The notes under the pieces are model-generated. The model had not been told where the DNA came from. It ran no database searches and worked only from the letters and a program-made list of their open reading frames with translations. Position numbers and translations under genes: made by a program. Below are positions 47,936-55,794 of a stretch of DNA of 64,000 nucleotides, piece by piece. The first letter of the stretch is position 1. Every line of letters begins with the position of its first letter. The DNA comes from Oscillospiraceae bacterium (GTDB taxonomy: Bacteria; Bacillota; Clostridia; Oscillospirales; Ruminococcaceae): positions 15,274 to 79,273 of the forward strand of contig JAFSFT010000031.1 of the NCBI GenBank assembly GCA_017435045.1, written 5' to 3'.

Positions 47936-49557
47936 TGGAAGGGTTTTTCAGATATTTCTATCAGGATATTGGCAGAGTGTTCAAGGCATTTCTGGATATG
48001 ATAATGTCCTTTTTCACATTCCTTAACTATCTGCTCAATTTCCCTATGCGAATGGAGATAATCGAAAGCTACTCCGAAGACTTTTCCACAAAAGAATGGA
48101 TAATGCTTTTGATTGCCAACATTCTTTTGGTAGTAATCATCGTAGGCGTGCTTATTCTTATAGGAAAAATCTTTAAAAAGATTTTCCGTTTCCGTGTTCC
48201 GGTTAAAAAATACGACGAGCTTGTAAAGCAGGTTAAGGTGCTGCAGACAGACCTTATCCGTGCCAACTACGAAAAGGATAAGCTGCTTGCCATGAAGGTT
48301 GCCGAGCTGGGTCTTGACCCTGACAAGGAAACAACCGACAAGCTGCTTGAAAGCCTTTACGGTCAGGACGGCAATCTTGCCGAAGGCGTAGAAGAAAACG
48401 GAGAAGAAAAGACAGAGGAAAATCAGGTTTTCGAAACAAACCGCAACACCTTCAATTCTCCTGTTGTTGATCCGTCTACAAGCCGTTTCTTCCGTCTTAC
48501 CGAGGTTGACAACTACTACAAAACACAGTATGTTGCACCGGAATACGAGGAGATGGATCTGGAAGAATTCTGTAACCGCTTCCGTCTCTTTGCAGCAAGC
48601 AAGCTTAAGCTTTACTACGATATTTCTATCATCAGATTCTTTGTTGCATCCATGGGTGCAGCAAGAATTATCATCCTGCAGGGTATTTCCGGTACAGGTA
48701 AAACAAGTTTGCCTTACGCATTCGGTAAATTTGTACAGAAGGACACAACAGTTGTTTCCGTACAGCCTGCATGGAGAGAAAGAACCGAGCTTTACGGTTA
48801 TTTCAACGAATTTACAAAAAGATATACAGAAACAGACTTTTTGAAAGCAGTTTACGAAAGTAACTTCTACAAGGATCCGCATATTATAATCCTGGACGAA
48901 ATGAACATCGCCCGTGTTGAATACTACTTTGCGGAAATGCTTTCAATTCTGGAAATGCCGCTTCAGTCCGAATGGAATATCGACATTGTTACAGCGGTAT
49001 GGGATAACGACCCATGTCTTATCGACCAGGGTAAGGTACGCATCAACAACAACCTCTGGTTTGTTGGTACAATCAACAACGACGACTCCACATTTGCTGT
49101 AGCCGACAAAGTTTACGACCGTGCTATCCCTATCGACCTTGACAGCCGTGCCGAAGCATTTGAGTGCGAAGAATGTGACCCTGTACACGTTAACGTGGAG
49201 ATGCTCAACCGCCTCTTTGACGAAGCAAAGGCAAAATATCCTGTAAGTCAGGATATTCTTGACAAGCTGGACGAAGTTAACGCCTATCTTATCAGCGTAT
49301 TCCGTCTTGCTTTCGGTAACCGTATTATGAAACAGATACGCGACTATGTGCCTTGCTACATTGCCTGCGGCGGCACAGAAATTGAAGCTGTCGACTTTAT
49401 CGTTGCCAAAAAGGTTTTGCGTAAGTTTGAATCCTTAAGCCTTGGCTTTATGAAGGATGACCTTACAAAATTCTCTGCATACCTTGACAAGGTATTCGGC
49501 AAAAACCAGATGAAAATCTGTAAAGAATATATAGAATTACTCAAGAAAAATAACTAA
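47935..49557 (+). CDS. Membrane-anchored McrB-family (AAA_5) AAA+ NTPase
   Basis: The ATG overlaps the SipW stop (TAATG, 47933-47937). TM WIMLLIANILLVVIIVGVLILIG. Walker A GISGTGKTS. Walker B/McrB block IIILDEMNIARVEYYFAEMLSILE. FVGTINNDDSTFAVADKVYDRAIPIDL parallels the McrB GTMNTADRS...D.ALRRRF block. Confidence 0.7.
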   Translation: MEGFFRYFYQDIGRVFKAFLDMIMSFFTFLNYLLNFPMRMEIIESYSEDFSTKEWIMLLIANILLVVIIVGVLILIGKIFKKIFRFRVPVKKYDELVKQVKVLQTDLIRANYEKDKLLAMKVAELGLDPDKETTDKLLESLYGQDGNLAEGVEENGEEKTEENQVFETNRNTFNSPVVDPSTSRFFRLTEVDNYYKTQYVAPEYEEMDLEEFCNRFRLFAASKLKLYYDISIIRFFVASMGAARIIILQGISGTGKTSLPYAFGKFVQKDTTVVSVQPAWRERTELYGYFNEFTKRYTETDFLKAVYESNFYKDPHIIILDEMNIARVEYYFAEMLSILEMPLQSEWNIDIVTAVWDNDPCLIDQGKVRINNNLWFVGTINNDDSTFAVADKVYDRAIPIDLDSRAEAFECEECDPVHVNVEMLNRLFDEAKAKYPVSQDILDKLDEVNAYLISVFRLAFGNRIMKQIRDYVPCYIACGGTEIEAVDFIVAKKVLRKFESLSLGFMKDDLTKFSAYLDKVFGKNQMKICKEYIELLKKNN

Positions 49558-49571
49558 GGTGTAAAAGGACT

Positions 49572-51323
49572 ATGGCAGAAAAGCAGATAAAAAAGAATAC
49601 TACTAAAAAAAGTAGAAAAAACCTTTCTACCATAGACCCTATATACCGTAAATTTTCTAAAAATGTTGTGCGCACACTTATGAGCACAGATTTTTACGAA
49701 TATTTTATGGATGCCATCGCTTCCAGCAAAAGGCAGATGCAGTTTTCCAACAAAAAGGTGGAAAAAATCATCGACCTGCGCTGGATAGAGGCTCTGGAAG
49801 CCTCGCTGGATCCTTTCCAGAACATCATCACCAACCCTCGTAATATTATCCGCGAAGAAGAAATTATCGTTAACGTTGCGCACGCAAAAAAAGGCGGCTC
49901 CGACGTTGTAAGACACCTGGCACAGCATTCCTCCTATGTAGAGGATTTCAACTACGAAACAGGGGATGTAAGGCCATCCAAGCTTATGCAGAAAATCCGA
50001 GACGACAGCTCGGTTCTGTACGAAAACAGAATTGTTTACACAACTCTGGAGGCTGCATACCACTTTGTAACCATCCGATATGACGCTCTTATGGCAAATA
50101 TGAGCGAGGAGATGGGTGCAAAGCTCAAGATGGAAACCGACATACAGTTTGCCAAGGAAAATGTTCATTTTGATATGTTTATGCATATCAAAGAAAATGA
50201 CGACCCGCTTACAACAGACGCAAAAAACAGGGAAACCTTTGAGAGAATTGCAAGAATTCAGCGTCTGCTGGCATACTATATGTCCATGCCTGCGGCACAG
50301 ATGTGGTCCCGCGAACAGCGTGTAAGAGGTGTAATCAACAAGACAAACGTCCTTAAAAAACACCCGGACTACAAAAAAATTGTTGCTTTGTACGAATTTC
50401 TGCGTCTGTATGACGAGGTTGGCTATGTAATCAAAATCAAGGAACAGAACCCTGAAATCAACGAAACCTTCGAGAATGATATCTATCACAATTTAATGTT
50501 CAACTACATTATTCTGAAAGGCTATCTCGAAGACGAGGAAGACAGGGAAATTCCTGTAAAAGGCAAAAACAGAAAAAGAACCCTCAAGCCAAAGTTTATT
50601 CACCAAATTATCGAGGAGATTGTGGAAGACTACAATCTTCCTGATGTGGAAGTGCGTAAAATCCTTATAGAAGAGCTTACAAAAGAACAGCTTAAATATG
50701 AGGAGGAACAGGAAAGACAGCACATTATAGAAGAAACTGAACGGGCACGCAAAAAAGCCGAAGAAGAGCTTATGTTGGAAAAAGCCCGTAAAAAGGCAGA
50801 GGCAAAACGTCAGCGTGAAGCAGAACTTAAACGCAGACGTGAAGAAAAAGAAGCCTTTGAAACAAAGAAAAAGCAGGAAAAACTGCTCCAGATGGCAGAG
50901 GACAGAAGAAGAACAAAGCCAATTCTGGACGAATACGAAAATTTTATGTCCAATCTGCTTGAAAAAACTGTTCTCAGAAGACAGATTCAGGAAGAGATAG
51001 ACAAACGTCAGCCTCAGCAGGATTACGAAGACTTTGTAAGACTTATTGAGGAAGAAGAACAGAGAAAGTTTGAAGAACAGGAAAGACTGGCAAGAGAGCG
51101 TTACGAGGCAAAGCAGCGAAAGGCAGAAGAAAAAAGACTTCAGCTTCAGCAGCAGCGTCTTGAAGAAAAACGCAGACAGATGGAGGCAGATGCACTTGTT
51201 GTGGCACCTATCAGAGAGGAACTTGCCGCCTTTATGCAGTTCTGTAAGCTTCAGATAGAAAAAAGAGGATATGGTGTTCCTGCGGAAGACCAATCCGAGG
51301 GAGACAACTCTCCACAGCAGTAA
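49572..51323 (+). CDS. Partner of the AAA+ NTPase: ~330-aa globular domain followed by ~250 aa of highly charged coiled coil
   Basis: 583 aa. Starts 14 nt after the ATPase stop. C-terminal half reads EELTKEQLKYEEEQERQHIIEETERARKKAEEELMLEKARKKAEAKRQREAELKRRREEKEAFETKKKQEK...ERLARERYEAKQRKAEEKRLQLQQQRLEEKRRQ. No TM, no signal peptide, and no nuclease motif that I can see. Confidence 0.6.
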   Translation: MAEKQIKKNTTKKSRKNLSTIDPIYRKFSKNVVRTLMSTDFYEYFMDAIASSKRQMQFSNKKVEKIIDLRWIEALEASLDPFQNIITNPRNIIREEEIIVNVAHAKKGGSDVVRHLAQHSSYVEDFNYETGDVRPSKLMQKIRDDSSVLYENRIVYTTLEAAYHFVTIRYDALMANMSEEMGAKLKMETDIQFAKENVHFDMFMHIKENDDPLTTDAKNRETFERIARIQRLLAYYMSMPAAQMWSREQRVRGVINKTNVLKKHPDYKKIVALYEFLRLYDEVGYVIKIKEQNPEINETFENDIYHNLMFNYIILKGYLEDEEDREIPVKGKNRKRTLKPKFIHQIIEEIVEDYNLPDVEVRKILIEELTKEQLKYEEEQERQHIIEETERARKKAEEELMLEKARKKAEAKRQREAELKRRREEKEAFETKKKQEKLLQMAEDRRRTKPILDEYENFMSNLLEKTVLRRQIQEEIDKRQPQQDYEDFVRLIEEEEQRKFEEQERLARERYEAKQRKAEEKRLQLQQQRLEEKRRQMEADALVVAPIREELAAFMQFCKLQIEKRGYGVPAEDQSEGDNSPQQ

Positions 51324-51385
51324 AAGCAGTGTGCAGCAAATGCAGAGGCACTGTTTAAAAGAGATTTTTAAGGAGATATTCAACT

Positions 51386-52771
51386 ATGACAGGACCAGCG
51401 GCAAAGCTCATATCCATAGGGATAATGTTGGTTGTTTCACTGTGTCTTGTTACAGTAACCTCCTACGCATGGCTGACAATGTCAGACAACCCTGTGGCAA
51501 CAGGCATTCAGGTTTCGGTTGGCGGCAGTAACACAATAAAGCTGGCGGCTGACATATCAACTGTTACTGAAGACGGCCAGGTGCTGCACTATCCTGCATT
51601 TTTCAGCGAAACACTCACCCTTAATGAAGAAGCAGACTATCTTCCTTTAAGCCCTGTATCTACAGCAGACGGCGTAAACTGGTATTTTCCAAAGGAAATA
51701 AAAAAGGAAAATGCAGCATATACCCCGGGTATTGAAATCCGCGAAGAAAGCTCTCTCCAGAAAGACGAATTCGTGCACGATGACAAGCTGGAATATGCAA
51801 ATATAGATGCCGGTCAGGACACTGAAGTTAAAGGAAGCTATATGTATTTTGATTTCTGGGTGGTTTCACCGCAGGAAAACTGCGAGCTCAGGGTAAGTGT
51901 TGGTCAGGACGGCAGCGGCAGCTATGTGATAAATCTTCCTACTGTAGTAAAAACAGAAGATTCCTATCAGCTGGACATCTCAAACAACGAACCATCCACA
52001 TATGCAAGGGTTGGTTTCCTTGTAAACTCTGATGTGCAGACAAATGACTCAATGAACGAATATGTACAGCAGCCTCAGTATATGGATATATACAAAAAGC
52101 TGCGTGGCATATATCAGGAAAAAGGCGAAAGTGCCTCACAGTACAACCGCCTTACAAGCTATACAATATACGAACCTAACGGCGACAGCCATCCGTCAGC
52201 CGCAAGCTCTGATGTATATACAAACATCGGGCTTAAAAATATGGCTCTTAAAGATGGCGAATATGTTATCACCAGCCCTATTTCCAAGGTTAACGGTGCT
52301 CATATAGCAACAGAGGCACAAAGCTACCTTGCTGTGCAGAAAACAAGCCGCTGGGCAATGAGCGACGAAAGCGAAAGCTTTTTGCAGCAGCACTTTGAAG
52401 CATTTTTGCTTCAGCTTGGGGATAAAGCTGACAAGTACACAGAAGAAGAACTTATGAACCGTTTTTACGAAAACTGGATTCAGCAGAACTGTGCATACTA
52501 CCTTAATCTTGGTCAGTTTATACCTAATTCTTCACTGCTTTACAGTCAGGCAAAGGGAGATCTGGGTATTTACAGATATGTAAAGGAAGAATCTCTTGCA
52601 AAGCTTGGCACAAGCGGTGCAACAGACGATGCGGTGATAGCATATCTTGAAAAAAACGTTCCTCAGAGAATAAGAATGTATGTTTACCTTGAGGGACAGG
52701 ATGTGGATTGCATAAGCAATGCAGATGTTAACAGTCTTATTGTTCATCTGGAACTTGCGGGGAGCAACTAA
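51386..52771 (+). CDS. Family member D (461 aa), TasA/SipW-type signal motif
   Basis: KLISIGIMLVVSLCLVTVTSYAWLTMSDNPVATGIQVSVGGSNTIKLA. YTIYEPNGDSH parallels FYMYEPNYDGH of member C. C-terminal IRMYVYLEGQDVDCISNADVNSLIVHLELAGSN. Confidence 0.65.
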   Translation: MTGPAAKLISIGIMLVVSLCLVTVTSYAWLTMSDNPVATGIQVSVGGSNTIKLAADISTVTEDGQVLHYPAFFSETLTLNEEADYLPLSPVSTADGVNWYFPKEIKKENAAYTPGIEIREESSLQKDEFVHDDKLEYANIDAGQDTEVKGSYMYFDFWVVSPQENCELRVSVGQDGSGSYVINLPTVVKTEDSYQLDISNNEPSTYARVGFLVNSDVQTNDSMNEYVQQPQYMDIYKKLRGIYQEKGESASQYNRLTSYTIYEPNGDSHPSAASSDVYTNIGLKNMALKDGEYVITSPISKVNGAHIATEAQSYLAVQKTSRWAMSDESESFLQQHFEAFLLQLGDKADKYTEEELMNRFYENWIQQNCAYYLNLGQFIPNSSLLYSQAKGDLGIYRYVKEESLAKLGTSGATDDAVIAYLEKNVPQRIRMYVYLEGQDVDCISNADVNSLIVHLELAGSN

Positions 52772-52776
52772 AAACA

Positions 52777-53487
52777 ATGACAAAGAAAAAAAACACAAAT
52801 AAATCAATTTCCGGCAAAGCGGTTTCGGTAATGTTTGTTGTTTCTTTTCTGCTTTGTATAACCATAGTGGTGCAGGTACTGTTTAAAGGTTATGCCAGCT
52901 TGGGCGGTTACAGCCTGTTCAGAGTTGTAACCGGCTCTATGGAACCGACAATACCTACAGGCGCATTGCTGTTGTGTGACTCTATGGATATAGAGGATAT
53001 AGTTGAAGGTGACATTGTGTGCTTCCGTTCACCGGAAAGATATATGAAAGGAAGCGTAATTACACACCGTGTATACGATGTGAAAAAGGAAAGCAACGGC
53101 GATATACACCTTTACACCAAGGGAGATGCCAATATTTCCATAGATGGTTATATAGTAAAAGAAGAACACTTTATCGGCAGAGTAAGCTGGTATACAAGAA
53201 AAGACGGATTTTTTATCAACTTTATAGGTCTGCTTTCAAGCAGATACGGCTTTTTGTCCTGTATAGTATTTCCTGTACTTATTGTCAGCAGTATCATTAT
53301 AAGGGATTGCACAAAGAGTATTATGAAGGACCTTGAGCAAGCAAATGCAGAGCTTGATGAAAGAGAAAAGGAATATGTTCCGCAGCAGGATATTTCTGCA
53401 GAGGAATATAAGGAAATGTATGACAGAATCAAAGCCGAATTGTTAGGAGAATTGGCAAGTGAACACAATAGCAAGCTGGAAAAATAG
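52777..53487 (+). CDS. Signal peptidase I, archaeal/ER (SipW) type, copy 2
   Basis: 236 aa. FRVVTGSMEPTIPTGALLL, ITHRVYDV, YTKGDANISIDG. Second TM FLSCIVFPVLIVSSIIIRD, then the charged tail EQANAELDEREKEYVPQQDISAEEYKEMYDRIKAEL. Confidence 0.85.
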   Translation: MTKKKNTNKSISGKAVSVMFVVSFLLCITIVVQVLFKGYASLGGYSLFRVVTGSMEPTIPTGALLLCDSMDIEDIVEGDIVCFRSPERYMKGSVITHRVYDVKKESNGDIHLYTKGDANISIDGYIVKEEHFIGRVSWYTRKDGFFINFIGLLSSRYGFLSCIVFPVLIVSSIIIRDCTKSIMKDLEQANAELDEREKEYVPQQDISAEEYKEMYDRIKAELLGELASEHNSKLEK

Positions 53488-55024
53488 AATAACAGACCGA
53501 TTCAATGGCCTTTCCGATATACAGAAAAAGCTGTATGTCAAAGGTCTCTTTGTGCTGTTTGTGTTTTTCCTTACAATTGTGCTGATTTTTGCTGCAACTG
53601 CTGCATGGTACAACAATATAGCACAGGTTGAAGAACTTGCTTTTGAAATTGATGCCTGGGGTGTAGACAGCACAATAACAATTGAAGACCAGTCTGTTGA
53701 AAAGGCTGCTCCGGGGGATATCGGTACAATTCCGTACAAAATTGACAACGAGGCAGACAGTCTTGTAAATGTTCAGATAAAAGCTGCCAAAAAATATCTG
53801 CCTGAATTTATGCAGAAAAGAATATATTTTTATGTTGACAAAAAGGTAGAAGTTAACGGCGAAACCCTTGAAAAGGCATACATACACGATGACAATGCAT
53901 ACTCCCACGTGCTTCTGGGCGGCCAGAATGTAGATAACACAGGCGATGTTGCATCGGACGGCAAAATCAAGTGGGAATGGGTATATGACCTGCTGGGCTA
54001 TTATGTTGTTATCGAAACAGACGATGATGACATCAGTAAGGAAACAGCATATATCCGACCTGTGCAGTACACCTACGAAGATGCTAAATATGACAACGAC
54101 ACAGGTGCACTTACAAGCATAAAAATAGACGGCAAAGAGGTTACAGCAGAGGACTATATCAAAAACCTGCTTGATACCGACGGCTTTGAAACAGAAGAGT
54201 TCAAAGAGCTGGAAGAAATCAAAACAATACTCAAATTCAAGGATATTTCCGAAGAAATAACAGAAAAGACATACTACGAGGTTTATACCGAAGATGATTA
54301 CGGTGTATACCTGTACATCTGCGATTTCCAGGAAATTGCCGTGAACAATCGTGTTGATACAGACATAGGCAACAAGGAGGAAGCATACCTCCTCGGTGAC
54401 GAAAACTATACAGTTATCCAGATAAGCTGCGGTCAGGCACATGAATATGTGGTTGAAATGGCAGATGCTGCCCAGCTTTATTCAATTATGTCTGATAAAG
54501 AGGCGTATACAAAGTTCCTCACAGACAATGAGCTGGAAGATGTAAAAAGCAATGTTATTTTCCAGCTTACACAGGATATGAATCTGAACACAGTTACAAT
54601 GTTTGACGGTGCAGACTTCATAATCGACCTTAATGGATTTACCCTTTCCTGTGCAGGCCCTGCAAGTGCAGAGCAGGCACAGCACGCAATGTTTACATTG
54701 AAGGAAAAATCCTCACTCAGAATTTACAACGGTAACATTCATCCGGGCAATTACACCCCGTTTGCGGTTACAAACAGCACACTGGTGGCAAAGGAAATCA
54801 CCTTTGACCACAAGACATCAACAGTAAGGGCAGACAATACTGACCAGAAACGCGGCAGCAACATACAGCTTGTGCGCTGTGTATGGGCAGAAGATATGCC
54901 ACAGGATGTTGTGACAATAGAGGAAATAAATGACGAGGGCGAAACAGTCCAGTCCTTTATATGTATAAAAGAAGCAGAATCACAGACAGAAACACAGGCA
55001 GATGAGGATACATCTGCAGAATAG
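53459..55024 (+). CDS. Family member E (521 aa), TasA-like motif AAWYNN; contains an IDLNGxT module
   Basis: GTG start 8 nt after aggagaa, overlapping the SipW-2 3' end by 29 nt. LFVLFVFFLTIVLIFAATAAWYNNIAQVEELAFEIDAWGVD. IIDLNGFTLSCAG...LRIYNGNIHPGNY parallels the giant protein. KRGSNIQLVRCVWAED, then an acidic tail. Confidence 0.6.
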   Translation: MNTIASWKNRITDRFNGLSDIQKKLYVKGLFVLFVFFLTIVLIFAATAAWYNNIAQVEELAFEIDAWGVDSTITIEDQSVEKAAPGDIGTIPYKIDNEADSLVNVQIKAAKKYLPEFMQKRIYFYVDKKVEVNGETLEKAYIHDDNAYSHVLLGGQNVDNTGDVASDGKIKWEWVYDLLGYYVVIETDDDDISKETAYIRPVQYTYEDAKYDNDTGALTSIKIDGKEVTAEDYIKNLLDTDGFETEEFKELEEIKTILKFKDISEEITEKTYYEVYTEDDYGVYLYICDFQEIAVNNRVDTDIGNKEEAYLLGDENYTVIQISCGQAHEYVVEMADAAQLYSIMSDKEAYTKFLTDNELEDVKSNVIFQLTQDMNLNTVTMFDGADFIIDLNGFTLSCAGPASAEQAQHAMFTLKEKSSLRIYNGNIHPGNYTPFAVTNSTLVAKEITFDHKTSTVRADNTDQKRGSNIQLVRCVWAEDMPQDVVTIEEINDEGETVQSFICIKEAESQTETQADEDTSAE

Positions 55025-55032
55025 TAGAAAAG

Positions 55033-55779
55033 ATGAAAAATAGCAGGATAATCAGAAGAAACTTGTTATCTTTGATTGGTGTTTTCATTATGGTTCTCAC
55101 AATGCTCGCCGTTATGGGCGTTGCATGGGCAAGATTCAGCGAAGAAGACAAAAAGATAATGAGAATAGAGACATACCACGACAGACAGTGGTATATCTAC
55201 GGCGGCGACTACAGTGCAGGCGACGCCGATGAAATTCTGCCCGAAACGGTAATTGCCAACGAGGTATTACCGGGCGTTATCGAATGGAACGACAACGAAA
55301 GAAGAATTCGTTTCCATGTTACCAATGGCAAAAAGGCAGACAGCTACGGTAAAGAAGATTTCAGCTACTCAATTTGGGTGCTGGTTACAAATACATTAAA
55401 GCCTACCGACCTTACACTGATGCTGCAGTACTATGAGGGCGACACGGTCAAATCCATCACAGCGGAGCCGGAAAGGATAACCGAGGACAGCCAGCTGTAC
55501 AAGAGCATCGGGGATGGCTGGATTTACAAGTTCTATGTTGATGCCACAGTTACAGACACAACACAGAACAACACCCAAACCCAGACAGAGGTTACAGAGG
55601 GTACAGGCGACACAGGCACAGGCGATACTGCTCAGGGTACAACAACACCGGCAAGAGCAGAGTTTGTGGACACACTCAAGGGCGGACAGCTCTCTATGAA
55701 CACATACGATTTAAGTATCATCGGTCAGGCAGAGGCAGGCTTGCTTGAAATTGAAATTATAGAATATACACAGGAGTAA
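55033..55779 (+). CDS. Family member F (248 aa), TasA-like motif AWARF
   Basis: LLSLIGVFIMVLTMLAVMGVAWARFSEEDKK. Thr/Gly/Asp-rich stretch TQTQTEVTEGTGDTGTGDTAQGTTTP. C-terminal KGGQLSMNTYDLSIIGQAE. Confidence 0.6.
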   Translation: MKNSRIIRRNLLSLIGVFIMVLTMLAVMGVAWARFSEEDKKIMRIETYHDRQWYIYGGDYSAGDADEILPETVIANEVLPGVIEWNDNERRIRFHVTNGKKADSYGKEDFSYSIWVLVTNTLKPTDLTLMLQYYEGDTVKSITAEPERITEDSQLYKSIGDGWIYKFYVDATVTDTTQNNTQTQTEVTEGTGDTGTGDTAQGTTTPARAEFVDTLKGGQLSMNTYDLSIIGQAEAGLLEIEIIEYTQE

Positions 55780-55794
55780 AAGGGGGGAAAAGAA

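Noticed and set aside
47935-51323. McrBC-type restriction/defence module inserted in the operon.
   Set aside because: Not fully excluded, but disfavoured for several reasons. The ATPase is membrane-anchored. Its start overlaps the SipW stop codon. The partner shows no PD-(D/E)xK-like motif by eye and is mostly coiled coil. Codon usage matches the flanking genes. No other defence or mobile genes flank it.
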